A DNA stretch of 64,000 nucleotides from Candidatus Moraniibacteriota bacterium (GCA_030648835.1 JAUSGT010000002.1:373458-437457); one strand, 5' to 3'; positions 41,076 through 51,533 are shown, counted from the stretch's first letter. The notes: generated by a model not told the origin, from the letters alone. Numbers and translations are program-made.

Positions 41076-41690
41076 ATGGCAGGAAAGATGATCACGTTGT
41101 ATGGAGTGAATGGCATCGGGAAAACGACCCAGGCAGGGCTTTTGATAAAATTTTTGTGGGGAGAGGGAAAACGGGCCAGTCATTTGAAGTATCCGGTGTA
41201 TGATTTGGAACCGGAAGGGCCGTTCATCTACAAATATTTGCGAGAAGCAGATTTTCGCGGGAAGAATGAGTTGACGACAGAAGCTTTGCAGAAAAAGTAC
41301 GCTGACAATCGCAGGCGCTACGAGACAAAACTTATGGAACGGCTCTCAGCGGGGGAATGGATTGTAGCAGAGGATTATATCGGTACCGGTATCGCTTGGG
41401 GACTGACATGGGGAGCGAATCTGGAATACTTGGAAGAAATAAATGAGGACCTGTTTCAGCCTGATTTGAATGTTTTTATGTATGGTGAGGGCTTCAAGAC
41501 GGCGGTGGAAGCGGGACATCGCAATGAAATGGCTGATGAAAAAATGCAGATTTGCAAGAATTTTTATTTGCTTCTTGCTGACAGATATGAATGGAAAAGG
41601 GTAGATGGGAATCAGAACATTGAGGCAGTTTCACATGATATAATAGCTGCAGTAAAGGATTGTTTTTCTTCTGAGTTTAAAGAGAAGTGA
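41076..41690 (+). CDS. tmk: thymidylate kinase (divergent)
   Basis: GVNGIGKTTQ, KYPVY, QPDL; EDY in place of DRY. Confidence 0.75.
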   Translation: MAGKMITLYGVNGIGKTTQAGLLIKFLWGEGKRASHLKYPVYDLEPEGPFIYKYLREADFRGKNELTTEALQKKYADNRRRYETKLMERLSAGEWIVAEDYIGTGIAWGLTWGANLEYLEEINEDLFQPDLNVFMYGEGFKTAVEAGHRNEMADEKMQICKNFYLLLADRYEWKRVDGNQNIEAVSHDIIAAVKDCFSSEFKEK

Positions 41691-41727
41691 GAACTCTGAA
41701 ATCCCATATTCTTAATTTTTTCCCAAA

Positions 41728-43209
41728 ATGAAATACAATGTCACTATCGGTATGGAGGTGCATGCGGAGTTGAAAACCGACTCCAAGATGTTTTGTACGT
41801 GCAAAAATGGACTGGGCTTGGAAAAAGAGCCCAATGTGCATATTTGCCCGGTCTGTACGGCCCAGCCAGGAACGCTACCGGTACCCAATCGCCGGGCTAT
41901 TGAAGCTGTTCAGCGGGTGGGGTTGGCACTCGGCTGTACACTGCGTCTCCACTCCAAATTTGACCGGAAGAATTATTTCTATCCTGATATTCCGAAGGGG
42001 TATCAGATTTCCCAGTATGACGAACCGTTTTGCGAGAAGGGCGAAATGGAAATTCAAGATGGAAAGGAGACAAAAAAATTCCGGATTACGCGTATCCATC
42101 TTGAGGAAGACACCGGGAAGTCGATGCATCCGAGTGGCGCGGATTACACGCTGGTGGACTTCAATCGGGCTGGGGTGCCTTTGATGGAGCTGGTGACGGA
42201 GGCGGATTTTACCACCGGCAGAGAGGCCAGTTTGTTTTGCCAGAAATTGCGGCAGATCCTGCGTTATCTCGATGTCTCCAGCGCCGATATGGAAAAAGGT
42301 CAGATGCGTTGTGAGGTGAATATTTCACTTTATAAAGACGGCGCAGAGCGATTATCTGGAACAAAGGTAGAGGTCAAAAATATCAATTCTTTCCGTTTTG
42401 TTGAGCGCGCCATCGAGTATGAAATAAAACGTCAGACAGAGATGTTGGAAGCGGGGAAAAAGATAATACAGGAAACGCGAGGGTGGGATGAAGTGAAAAA
42501 CGTAACTGTTTCCCAAAGAAAGAAAGAATCAGCCCATGATTATCGCTACTTTCCGGAGCCGGATATTCCGCCATTTGAATTTACTCCAGGCTATGTGGAA
42601 CAATTACGGACAACTCTGCCGGAACTTCCGGATGCCAAGTTGAAACGTTTTATTATGGAATATGTACTGCCAGAGGCTGATGCGGTGATTCTGACCGAAG
42701 ATCACAAGTTGGCAACTTACTTTGAAAATGTCGCAAGCGAGCTCATGGAGAAAATCGAATCGAAAGAAATCAGCGCATCATTTGAACGGACTATCAAACT
42801 GGCCGCGAATTATATGTTGACGGAACTGCGGAAGTATATGGCGGAGAGTGAACAGGAAGTTACCGATATTGCCATCACCCCCGAAAATTATGCCGAATTT
42901 ATCGGTATCGTAGCGGATGGAAAAATCAATTCCAGTGCGGCGCAGACATTGCTTACCGAGATGTATCGAGGTGGTGACAACGATCCATCACATATTATAG
43001 ATCGCCTAAATTTGGCTCAAGTAAGCGATATTTCGGAGCTTGAAACGGCAGTGGCTACAGTGCTTGTAGCCAATGAAAAATCTGTTACTGATTATAAAGC
43101 CGGTAAGCAGAATGCTTTGCAATTTCTTATGGGGCAAGTTATGTCGGTTACGGAGGGGAAAGCCAATCCAAAAATGGTGTTGGAGTTACTGAAGAAAAAG
43201 CTTGAGTAA
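41728..43209 (+). CDS. gatB: Asp/Glu-tRNA amidotransferase subunit B
   Basis: IGMEVHAEL, FDRKNYFYPD, HLEED, DYRYFPEPD. Confidence 0.97.
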   Translation: MKYNVTIGMEVHAELKTDSKMFCTCKNGLGLEKEPNVHICPVCTAQPGTLPVPNRRAIEAVQRVGLALGCTLRLHSKFDRKNYFYPDIPKGYQISQYDEPFCEKGEMEIQDGKETKKFRITRIHLEEDTGKSMHPSGADYTLVDFNRAGVPLMELVTEADFTTGREASLFCQKLRQILRYLDVSSADMEKGQMRCEVNISLYKDGAERLSGTKVEVKNINSFRFVERAIEYEIKRQTEMLEAGKKIIQETRGWDEVKNVTVSQRKKESAHDYRYFPEPDIPPFEFTPGYVEQLRTTLPELPDAKLKRFIMEYVLPEADAVILTEDHKLATYFENVASELMEKIESKEISASFERTIKLAANYMLTELRKYMAESEQEVTDIAITPENYAEFIGIVADGKINSSAAQTLLTEMYRGGDNDPSHIIDRLNLAQVSDISELETAVATVLVANEKSVTDYKAGKQNALQFLMGQVMSVTEGKANPKMVLELLKKKLE

Positions 43210-43249
43210 ATGATCTCAAATCTCCCGGGAAGATTCTTGCGACAAAAGA

Positions 43250-44272
43250 TTAATCTTGTTGACCAATAATTTCAAAAGCTTCTTTTGGATCGGTAATCCA
43301 ATGGATTGAGGCGCCGAGTTTTTCGAAACGTCGGAGCCAAGTGAGCTGGCGTTTGGCGTAGTGCCAAATTTCATGTTTCAAATTTTCTTGCATCATATCG
43401 CGTGTGATTTTCCTCTCTAGGAAGAGAGCGATGTTTTTGTATTCCAATCCGAAACTTTCCAGTCTTTTCCAACTGACGCCATCCATATGCAGGTGTCTTA
43501 CTTCGGATACCATACCCTTCTTTAACCTTTTTTCTAGGCGCGTCTCGATATTTTTTTGTAATGTTTTTTTGTTGGGATTCAATGCGATGATGAGAAAATT
43601 TGAATCTTGAATATCGAATCTCGAATTTTGCTCGGGAACGGTTCCAAGGGATTCGCATATTTCAAGAGCACGGATAAGACGTATTTTGTTGTGTTGATCT
43701 ATGTCAGTTGCACGTCTTGGGTCTTTCTTCTGAAGCATTACAAAAAGTCTCTCGGTTGATAATTTGCTAAGCTTTTCCCGTAACTTCGCATCAGGTTTCA
43801 CAGCGGGGAAAGCATTGTTCTCAATCAGCGCTTGTACCCAAAATCCGGTACCGCCACAAACGATAGGTATCTTTTCGCGTTTTTTGATATCGATGATAAT
43901 CTTTTTGGCATCGCGGACAAAATGAGTAACGTTGTAGTTTCTTTTCGGACTAGCGACATCGATGAGGTGATGGCGGATGCCATCTGAGTAGAAAAAGCTG
44001 TCATTTCGAGCTTGTTGAGGAATCTTATTTTTTATAGCACTTACTTTGTAATTACGGGATCCTTCGACAAGCTCAGGATGACTCGCAACTTTGTCGCGAG
44101 CCACCTTACCGGATCCTATGTTCATCCCTCGATACACTTGGCGGCTGTCGGCAGAAATAATTTCTCCATTGTATTTGCGCGCCAAAAGAATAGCTAAATC
44201 CGACTTACCTCCAGCTGTTGGCCCCACTATTATGAGCGTTTTTTTCAAAATATTTTCCCCTGTAGATTTCAT
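43250..44272 (-). CDS. miaA: tRNA dimethylallyltransferase (with in-frame repeat insertion)
   Basis: GPTAGGKS, ISADSRQVYRGM, GGTGFW, YAKRQLTW. Confidence 0.95.
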   Translation of the reverse strand: MKSTGENILKKTLIIVGPTAGGKSDLAILLARKYNGEIISADSRQVYRGMNIGSGKVARDKVASHPELVEGSRNYKVSAIKNKIPQQARNDSFFYSDGIRHHLIDVASPKRNYNVTHFVRDAKKIIIDIKKREKIPIVCGGTGFWVQALIENNAFPAVKPDAKLREKLSKLSTERLFVMLQKKDPRRATDIDQHNKIRLIRALEICESLGTVPEQNSRFDIQDSNFLIIALNPNKKTLQKNIETRLEKRLKKGMVSEVRHLHMDGVSWKRLESFGLEYKNIALFLERKITRDMMQENLKHEIWHYAKRQLTWLRRFEKLGASIHWITDPKEAFEIIGQQD

Positions 44273-44386
44273 GGCAGTTTTTTAAGCTTATGGTCGTGTA
44301 TTATGTATAACGCATTATATATTATGCGAAGAAGAAATTAATTTAGTATCATACGTGATGCCTGAACACTATACGAGATACATTCT

Positions 44387-47300
44387 CTACCCAACGGATT
44401 CTACTCCTTCCAGCGTCTTTATTTGTGTGAGGTGTTCTTCGGTTGGAGCAAGGGTGAAAGTGGTAACGATAGTGGCGCCCTGGATCCTCACCGCCACTTT
44501 TTTTGACCCAACAGGGATAGTTTTCAAAAGTTGAGAAAGATGTTCAATGATTTTTGGTGGGGCGTCATTTTTGACAGTAATAACAAGATGTTTATCGGTA
44601 TTTTCCTCTGGAGGTGCTTGCGGGTGGTTTTTGGCGCGCGTGGCTTCGGCACGGGCGAATTGATGCACGGTATTTTGGGAAATGCGTTCGACGCCTTCGG
44701 CAATGCACCGGAACATACTGTCTTTGTGTGAAACGCGGGCGTCAACGATAACAATCTCATCTTCGATCCATGATTCTCCCGTTTGGAGGGCGGTTTTGCC
44801 GAAAACCAGGAGTTCAACGCGGCCAGTCATATCTTCGAGACCGATGAAGTACATAGTATTTTGATTTTTGGTGAGGATTTTTCGGACGCCTGTGATGACA
44901 CCGCCGATGCGGACGCGGGCCTGGTCCGGTTTCTTCTCCAGTTCATGTAGCGGTACAGTAGCTTTATCGAAGTAAGCTTGGTATTCAGTGACCGGATGAT
45001 CGCTGACATAGAGACCCAAGAGCTCTTTTTCCCAGCCCAGTTTCATTTTTTTGGTCGCCGGAATGGCAGGAGCCAGCTGAATGGTGCTGGTTGCTATGGC
45101 CATAGCGCTAAAAAGACTGTTCTGGTGCGTATCAGCGATGGCCTTCAGATTTTTTCCGTGTTTTTGTATGGCATCGATGCTTTCCAAGAGTTGATTGCGT
45201 TCACCGAAACCCTCCAGTGCTCCCACTTTGATCAAAGCTTCAACGGATTTTTTATTCAAATCCTTGGTTTTTACGCGTTCGATGAATTGTTCGAGAGTGG
45301 CATATTTTCCTCCGCGTTTGCGTTCCTCGACAATTTCTTGAGCAACGATATGTCCGACATTTTTGATCGCATTCAGTCCGAAACGCACTCGTTCCACTCC
45401 GTCGGCACCGATGATGACAGCGAACTCTTCGAAGCTTTCGTTGATATGTGGTGGGAGAACAGCGATGCCTATTTCTTTGGCTTCGTGCACTTCGATAGCG
45501 ATACGATCGATATTATCCTGGTCAGAGGTAAGGAGCGCCGCCATAAATTCCGCCGGATAATGCGCTTTGAGGTAGGCGGTCTGATAACCGATGAGCGCGT
45601 AGCAGGCGGCATGTGAGCGGTTGAAACCATAGCCGGCGAACGGTTCGATGAAGGAAAATACCTTCTCCCCGATATTTTTTCTGATGCCATTTTTGACACA
45701 GCCTTCGATAAATTTTTCCCGTTGTTCCGCGACCAATTCTTTGATCTTTTTACCGACTGCTTTGCGCAAGACATCCGCCTCTCCATAGCTGAAGCCCGCC
45801 AGATCGCGCGCGATCTGCATCAGTTGCTCCTGATAGACGGCGACACCGTAGGTGTTCTTGAGGATTGGTTCGAGTATTGGGTGAAGGTATTCGATTTTTT
45901 TCGTACCATGTTTGCCGGCGATAAAATCGGGAATATACTCCATCGGTCCCGGTCGATAGAGGGCTACCATGGCGACAATATCTTCGAAAACGGTCGGCTT
46001 TAGTTGTTTTAGATAGCGTTTCATGCCGGAGCTTTCCAATTGGAATACGCCGGTGGTCCGGGCTTCCTGAAGGAGCTCGAATGTCTGTTTATCATCGAGT
46101 GGTATGCGTTCGATATCGATGTCCGGTTGTTTTATTTTTCGGACGATGCGCAAAGTATTCTGAATGATGGTGAGGTTTTTTAGTCCCAGAAAGTCCATCT
46201 TCAGCAAACCGATTTTTTCGACGGCATTCGATTTGGTAGAGGCGGAGTATTGTGTCACGACACCAACGTGCGCTCCTGAAACACGTTGGAGCGGCGTATA
46301 CTCGGTGACGGGGTCTTTGGTGATGACGACACCACAGGCGTGCATCGAAGCGTGCCTGACGAGACCTTCGACTTTCATGGCGGCATCAACCAATCTTTTT
46401 ACATCAGCGCTCCCCCCGTACCACTGTTTGAATTCCGGCACTTCCAGAAGTGCCTTCTTGATTGAGGTGAACATCGGAATCATTTTGGATGTTTTGTCGC
46501 AAAGTTCGTAAGGAAATCCAAGGGCTCGACCGACATCACGGACAGCGGCCCTTGCAGCCATTGTTCCGAATGTTATAATCTGCGCGACATGGTCATTACC
46601 GTATTTTTCACGCACGTAATTGAGCACATCATCCCGGCGATCATCGGCGAAGTCCATATCGACATCGGGCATCGAAATGCGTTCGGGATTGAGGAAGCGT
46701 TCAAAGAGAAGATTGTATTCTATCGGGTCGATGTTGGTGATGCCGGTGAGATAGGCGACGAAACTTCCCGCTGCCGAACCACGACCCGGGCCGACGACAA
46801 CGCCATTATTTTTTGCCCAGTTGACGAAATCCTGTACGATCAAGAAGTACGAGGCGAAGCCGGTACTTTTGATTACCCCGAGCTCATACTCCATACGTGT
46901 TCGCTGCTCGGTTGTGATTTCTTTTCCGGTGTAGCGCTTTTGGAGTCCTTGTTCGCAGAGTTCGCGTAAAAAATCGTCAGCCAGTTTTTCTTTCGGCAAG
47001 GGGAATTCCGGCAGATGACTCTCATCCATGCGAATTTTGAAATCGCAAAGAGCGGCGATTTTTTCCGTGTTCTCGATTGCCGCAGGAAAACCCTTGAAAA
47101 TTTCTGTCATCTCCTCTCCCGACCTGAGCGACAAGTCAAGCGCCATCATACTGAAACGTTCTTTGTCAGTCACTTTTTTGTTATCGCGGATACAGAGGAG
47201 AATGTCTTGAATTTCCGCGTGTTCTCGTTTGACGTAGTGCACGTCCGACGCAGCCACTACCGGGATGCCCGTTTCGCGGCTGATCTCCGCGAGACCTTGG

Positions 47301-47857
47301 TTGGCGATTACTTGGTTTTCATACTCGAAATTGGGTCCCAATTCGAGATAGAAGTTTTCTTTGCCGAAAATATCCTGATATTCGAGGGCAGCGATTTTGG
47401 CGCGCTCATAATTTCCGTAAATGATTTCCGAAGGCACTTCGCCCTGGAGCGATCCGGAAAGCGCGATGAGTCCTTCATGGTATTGTCTGAGGAGATTCTT
47501 ATCGGCGCGGGCTTTGTAATAGAAACCATCCAGCTGAGCGATGGAGATGATCTTCATCAGATTTTTGTAACCGATTTCGTTTTTGACGAGGAGAACGAGT
47601 TGGTTACGGCGACGGTCTTCAGTCGTGTTGTTTTTACTGTGGAGGTCTTTGCAAACGTATATCTCCGCGCCGATAATCGGTTTGATGCCATATTCCTTGG
47701 CCTTGCTCTGAAATTCCACGGCGCCGTAGAGAGCCGACGTGTCAGTGAGAGCGAGGGACGTCATACCGAATTCTTTGGCCTGCGCCAAAAGTTCCTCAAC
47801 CTTCGGTAGGGCAGTCAAGAGGCTGTAATGCGAGTGAACGTGGAGATGAGTGAACAT
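44387..47857 (-). CDS. dnaE: DNA polymerase III alpha subunit
   Basis: HLHVHSHYSLL PHP domain, GRGSAAGS, PDVDMD, KMDFLGL, FNRSHA. Confidence 0.97.
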   Translation of the reverse strand: MFTHLHVHSHYSLLTALPKVEELLAQAKEFGMTSLALTDTSALYGAVEFQSKAKEYGIKPIIGAEIYVCKDLHSKNNTTEDRRRNQLVLLVKNEIGYKNLMKIISIAQLDGFYYKARADKNLLRQYHEGLIALSGSLQGEVPSEIIYGNYERAKIAALEYQDIFGKENFYLELGPNFEYENQVIANQGLAEISRETGIPVVAASDVHYVKREHAEIQDILLCIRDNKKVTDKERFSMMALDLSLRSGEEMTEIFKGFPAAIENTEKIAALCDFKIRMDESHLPEFPLPKEKLADDFLRELCEQGLQKRYTGKEITTEQRTRMEYELGVIKSTGFASYFLIVQDFVNWAKNNGVVVGPGRGSAAGSFVAYLTGITNIDPIEYNLLFERFLNPERISMPDVDMDFADDRRDDVLNYVREKYGNDHVAQIITFGTMAARAAVRDVGRALGFPYELCDKTSKMIPMFTSIKKALLEVPEFKQWYGGSADVKRLVDAAMKVEGLVRHASMHACGVVITKDPVTEYTPLQRVSGAHVGVVTQYSASTKSNAVEKIGLLKMDFLGLKNLTIIQNTLRIVRKIKQPDIDIERIPLDDKQTFELLQEARTTGVFQLESSGMKRYLKQLKPTVFEDIVAMVALYRPGPMEYIPDFIAGKHGTKKIEYLHPILEPILKNTYGVAVYQEQLMQIARDLAGFSYGEADVLRKAVGKKIKELVAEQREKFIEGCVKNGIRKNIGEKVFSFIEPFAGYGFNRSHAACYALIGYQTAYLKAHYPAEFMAALLTSDQDNIDRIAIEVHEAKEIGIAVLPPHINESFEEFAVIIGADGVERVRFGLNAIKNVGHIVAQEIVEERKRGGKYATLEQFIERVKTKDLNKKSVEALIKVGALEGFGERNQLLESIDAIQKHGKNLKAIADTHQNSLFSAMAIATSTIQLAPAIPATKKMKLGWEKELLGLYVSDHPVTEYQAYFDKATVPLHELEKKPDQARVRIGGVITGVRKILTKNQNTMYFIGLEDMTGRVELLVFGKTALQTGESWIEDEIVIVDARVSHKDSMFRCIAEGVERISQNTVHQFARAEATRAKNHPQAPPEENTDKHLVITVKNDAPPKIIEHLSQLLKTIPVGSKKVAVRIQGATIVTTFTLAPTEEHLTQIKTLEGVESVG

Positions 47858-47860
47858 GTC

Positions 47861-47935
47861 GTGTATAGTGTATCAAGTATTATGTATCATGTATGGGGTT
47901 TGCTTAATACCTAATACTTTATACATGATACTTTT
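47861..47935. repeat. heptamer-periodic hairpin (GTATCAT/ATACTTG family)
   Basis: gtatcaagtattatgtatcatgtat...atacctaatactttatacatgatactt; related copies at about 44292-44385 and 51431-51530. Confidence 0.65.
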
Positions 47936-48149
47936 CAAACAAAAAAACGCCAATCAGAATGAAGGGCGAAATATCGGAAAAATAAAAAGTGTTTTCATAA
48001 GGTCGAAAGTCTCCCATCGCCCGGATCACTCCATGGGCTTTTGCGGAGAAATTATTGCATGTATACAGTAGCATTTTTTAAAGATAAAAAAAAGGGGAGT
48101 ATTTCCTTATGGTAGGCCGAAAAGAAACCTCAGAGTATAATAGACACAT

Positions 48150-48905
48150 ATGCAAGAAACAACTTTTGAAAAAGAGCGGGAGCGAAGCCTTTTGGGGTAT
48201 GCGTTCGTCGTGGGTATCGATGAAGCAGGGCGGGGGCCTTTAGCCGGGCCCGTTGTAGCTGCCGCAGTCACTTTAAAAAACCAAGATTTTGGAAGTTTTG
48301 GAAGCAAGGCTTCCAAAAATGAGAATGAGAATCAAGAGAATGCGAAGATGTGGTATTTGGTTCGAGATTCAAAGAAACTTTCGGAGAAACAGCGGGAGAA
48401 AATGTTTGATTTTATTCACAGGCACTTCCATGTGGGGATCGGTATTATCAACGCGGAAACTATTGATCGAGTGAATATTTTGCAAGCCACGTTCCTCGCG
48501 ATGAAAAGCGCAGTCGCTGCGCTCAGAAAACAGTTAGCAGTTAATGGCCAACAAAAATTTACAGATGAGGGACTGTACTTGCTCGTTGACGGGAATCAGA
48601 AAATACCCAATTGTTCGTACCAGCAAGAAGCGGTGATCGGGGGAGACGGGACGGTGAAATCCATCGCCGCGGCATCTATCGTTGCGAAGGTGACGAGGGA
48701 TCGGATGATTGTGGAATATGACAAAGAATATCCAGATTATGGTTTTGCCAAGCACAAGGGCTATGGCACGAAGATGCATATGGATGCATTGCGCCGTTTG
48801 GGGCCGTCGCCCATCCATCGGATGTCGTTTAGGCCCGTACAGCTTTCTATCCCAGAGAATGTGAATAAGAGGTTTGGTAATGTTTTGAAACCGAAAAGGA
48901 AATAG
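48150..48905 (+). CDS. rnhB: ribonuclease HII
   Basis: GIDEAGRGPLAGPV, DSKKL, IAAASIVAKV, HKGYGT. Confidence 0.96.
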   Translation: MQETTFEKERERSLLGYAFVVGIDEAGRGPLAGPVVAAAVTLKNQDFGSFGSKASKNENENQENAKMWYLVRDSKKLSEKQREKMFDFIHRHFHVGIGIINAETIDRVNILQATFLAMKSAVAALRKQLAVNGQQKFTDEGLYLLVDGNQKIPNCSYQQEAVIGGDGTVKSIAAASIVAKVTRDRMIVEYDKEYPDYGFAKHKGYGTKMHMDALRRLGPSPIHRMSFRPVQLSIPENVNKRFGNVLKPKRK

Positions 48906-48911
48906 ACATTT

Positions 48912-49081
48912 ACTGACATATATCTGCAGCTAAAATCTTTCCGGGAGAGTTGAAGTTTTTTTGAGCACGGCGCCGTCCCGCCAGGGCGGGACGGATCAAA
49001 AAAAGTTCATAAGTGGAGTTCATCGCTGGATGAACGAACGACTCTCGGAAAGGTTGTTAGCTGTCAGGTATATGTATTGGT
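48912..49081 (+). ncRNA. candidate structured RNA (long rod with branched apex)
   Basis: acatatatctgcagctaa pairs with ttagctgtcaggtatatgt, and aatctttccgggag with ctctcggaaaggtt. Several mismatches are G-U on the + strand. Confidence 0.45.
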
Positions 49082-49182
49082 CGGTTGCAGATACATCGGT
49101 TGTGAGCGGCGGTGCTTATGCGGAGTCTTGCCAAAAGCGAAAACGGATGTTAGAGTAAAAATGTTATTCATTTTATACCGTT

Positions 49183-49395
49183 ATGGCAAATCCAAAGCAA
49201 CGACATACCCGTCATCGTCGCGATCGCGCGCGCAAGCAGTATGATACCGTTCTCAAGAACACCCAGGAATGTCCCAAGTGTCAGGCACGGATTCTTTCAC
49301 ACCGTGTGTGCCCAAAGTGTGGGACATACAAGGGTAAAGAAATGGTAAACACCGCGCCAAAACTCAAATCTGACAAAAAGAAAAAGGCTGCCTAA
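49183..49395 (+). CDS. rpmF: 50S ribosomal protein L32
   Basis: MANPKQR, CPKC..HRVCPKCGTYKG. Confidence 0.95.
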   Translation: MANPKQRHTRHRRDRARKQYDTVLKNTQECPKCQARILSHRVCPKCGTYKGKEMVNTAPKLKSDKKKKAA

Positions 49396-49502
49396 GATGC
49401 GAATTCTTGCCTACCGGCAGGCGGGCTTGCCCGTCTGAGCGAGAGATCTTTTCTCCACTTTCGGTAGGGTACGCATATGTTTCTTAGGTTGTTCTCACCA
49501 AC

Positions 49503-50114
49503 ATGGCAAATCGGCACCTTCAAAGATCAGTAGCGATGCAGTCCCTCTTCGAGTGGGATTTTCAGGGCAAGCACGATGAAAAATCTCGTGACGTTTTGCG
49601 ACGCAATATCGGTGAATTCGCGCCGGGGTTGGAGGAGACTGTTTTTGCCGAGCATCTGATGGAAGGGACTTTGCGTGAACGCAAAACTATCGACAAACTC
49701 ATCGAAAAATGCGCTCCGGAATGGCCATTGGAGCAGGTGACGGTCATTGACAGGAATATCCTGCGTCTGGGAATCTACGAACTCATGTTCGGAAATTATG
49801 ACGAAGTGCCGCCGAAGGTTGCGATCAATGAGGCTATCGAGTTGGCCAAAACGTTCGGGAGTGATAGTAGCCCCCGTTTCGTCAATGGTGTTTTGGGGAC
49901 CATCTATCGCGAAATGGGCGAACCGATGAAGGATGATATTTCCGAAAATCACAAGCGCAATCTCGAAGCAGAAGAGAAAAAGTCTGCCAAAGGAAAATTT
50001 CAGCTCAAGGCCGTCCAACCTCGGGCTGGCGCAAATCCTGACGGGAAAGAAGTGAAGACAAAAAAAGCTTCCAAAAAAACTACTTCAAAAGCCATCAAAA
50101 AGAGCGTCAAGTAG
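49503..50114 (+). CDS. nusB: transcription antitermination factor NusB with Lys-rich tail
   Basis: [28 protein letters not shown]. Confidence 0.95.
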   Translation: MANRHLQRSVAMQSLFEWDFQGKHDEKSRDVLRRNIGEFAPGLEETVFAEHLMEGTLRERKTIDKLIEKCAPEWPLEQVTVIDRNILRLGIYELMFGNYDEVPPKVAINEAIELAKTFGSDSSPRFVNGVLGTIYREMGEPMKDDISENHKRNLEAEEKKSAKGKFQLKAVQPRAGANPDGKEVKTKKASKKTTSKAIKKSVK

Positions 50115-50146
50115 ACGCTTTTTTCTACAATATTTCACACCAAGTT

Positions 50147-50842
50147 ATGGAAACGCCTATCAATCTCACTCAATTGAAAAAAAAGTTGGCCATCGAGATA
50201 CAGAATCCCGATTTGTTTCAAGAGGCCTTGACGCATCGTTCCTATCTCAATGAACACAAGGAGTACGAACATCCCCACAATGAGCGGTTGGAATTTTTGG
50301 GTGACGCGGTGCTCGAACTTTCGGTGACTAAATATCTTTTTGATCACTTCGATAATCCGGAGGGGGAGTTGACGAGTTTTCGTGCGGCACTCGTCAATGG
50401 GGATATGCTGGGAAAGATCGGCTACGATCTTGGTATACAGGATTTCCTTCTCATGAGTCGCGGCGAAGCCAAAGACACCGGGCGGGCGCGCAACTATCTC
50501 GTCGCCAACGCGATGGAATCCATCATCGGCGCGCTCTATATCGATCAGGGATATGATGCCGCCAAAGATTTCATCGAGAAACATATCATCTCGCATCTGG
50601 ACGAAGTCCTCAAACAAGAACTTTATACCGATCCCAAGAGTCGTTTTCAAGAATTGGCCCAGGAGAAGACCGGGGTGACACCGGGGTATCGCGTCTTGAA
50701 GGAATGGGGACCGGATCATGACCGACATTTCATCGCGGGGGTGTTTTTGGGCGAAGAGCTCGTAGCGGAAGGTGAGGGCATATCCAAACAAGACGCTCAG
50801 CGCGAAGCCGCTCGGCAGGGGCTTATTGTTAAGGGTTGGTAA
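50147..50842 (+). CDS. rnc: ribonuclease III
   Basis: ALTHRS, NERLEFLGDAVL, dsRBD. Confidence 0.97.
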   Translation: METPINLTQLKKKLAIEIQNPDLFQEALTHRSYLNEHKEYEHPHNERLEFLGDAVLELSVTKYLFDHFDNPEGELTSFRAALVNGDMLGKIGYDLGIQDFLLMSRGEAKDTGRARNYLVANAMESIIGALYIDQGYDAAKDFIEKHIISHLDEVLKQELYTDPKSRFQELAQEKTGVTPGYRVLKEWGPDHDRHFIAGVFLGEELVAEGEGISKQDAQREAARQGLIVKGW

Positions 50843-50885
50843 TTTTATTGATTTAGACGGAGGATAAGCCAACTTTTTCCTCTTG

Positions 50886-50999
50886 ACCCCGCACCAATTC
50901 TTGCAGAATACTTGATATAGTAGCAAGTGTAAGCCGATAGGTGGCTACGCCTGGCATCTTGCTGTAAGTTATGAGTTTTCCCTGGAATTGGTGCGGGGT
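50886..50999. repeat. hairpin element bounded by 15-bp perfect inverted repeats
   Basis: accccgcaccaattc ... gaattggtgcggggt. Confidence 0.75.
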
Positions 51000-51027
51000 T
51001 GACAAAATCAGTAAAAAGGCGTACAGT
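50999..51027 (+). promoter_or_regulatory. sigma70-like promoter
   Basis: TTGACA-17 nt-TACAGT upstream of the 51070 ORF. Confidence 0.5.
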
Positions 51028-51069
51028 GTTAGGTTATTTACCAAATGAAATTTCAACGGAGGATGTGCC

Positions 51070-51339
51070 ATGCCCAAGACAATCGTTAGCGTACAAGAAG
51101 CGTCGCATGTAATCCATCAGGAAGGGGGAAAATTTGGACCGCATCGTACGATGTGCCCACTCCATCCGGAACGGGAGGCTCACTCCCATTGTTTCGTGAG
51201 ATTTCCCGGCACGCTTGAGGCGCTGCAAAGGGACAGGGAGGCAGGGCATCGGGAGGACGCGGGGGTTTCCACCGGTGGGTTTTGTTGCCACACTCTATAC
51301 CCTACCTTGGCGCAGAATGACAGCGTCAGGGATACCTGA
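51070..51339 (+). CDS. small Cys/His-rich hypothetical protein
   Basis: GGAGG RBS, upstream promoter, and a downstream GC stem plus T tract at about 51356-51400. Confidence 0.5.
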   Translation: MPKTIVSVQEASHVIHQEGGKFGPHRTMCPLHPEREAHSHCFVRFPGTLEALQRDREAGHREDAGVSTGGFCCHTLYPTLAQNDSVRDT

Positions 51340-51533
51340 TTTCGATTGTGGTACTGCGGGTGGTAATGCTGATTCTTAGCAGAACCCCCGCTTTTTTTTT
51401 GCTTCAAAATAGGATATACTGGGGAAGAATTAGGTATTATGTATAGTGTATTATGTATCAGGCGAGAGGTCTGAGCATTTTCTTTGTATTTATACATACT
51501 ACTTGATACCTGATACTTGATACTTTTTCAAAA

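Noticed and set aside
44387-47857. Possible intein or intron in dnaE
   Set aside because: Length is normal (1156 aa), the motifs are contiguous, and there is no C...HN intein signature.
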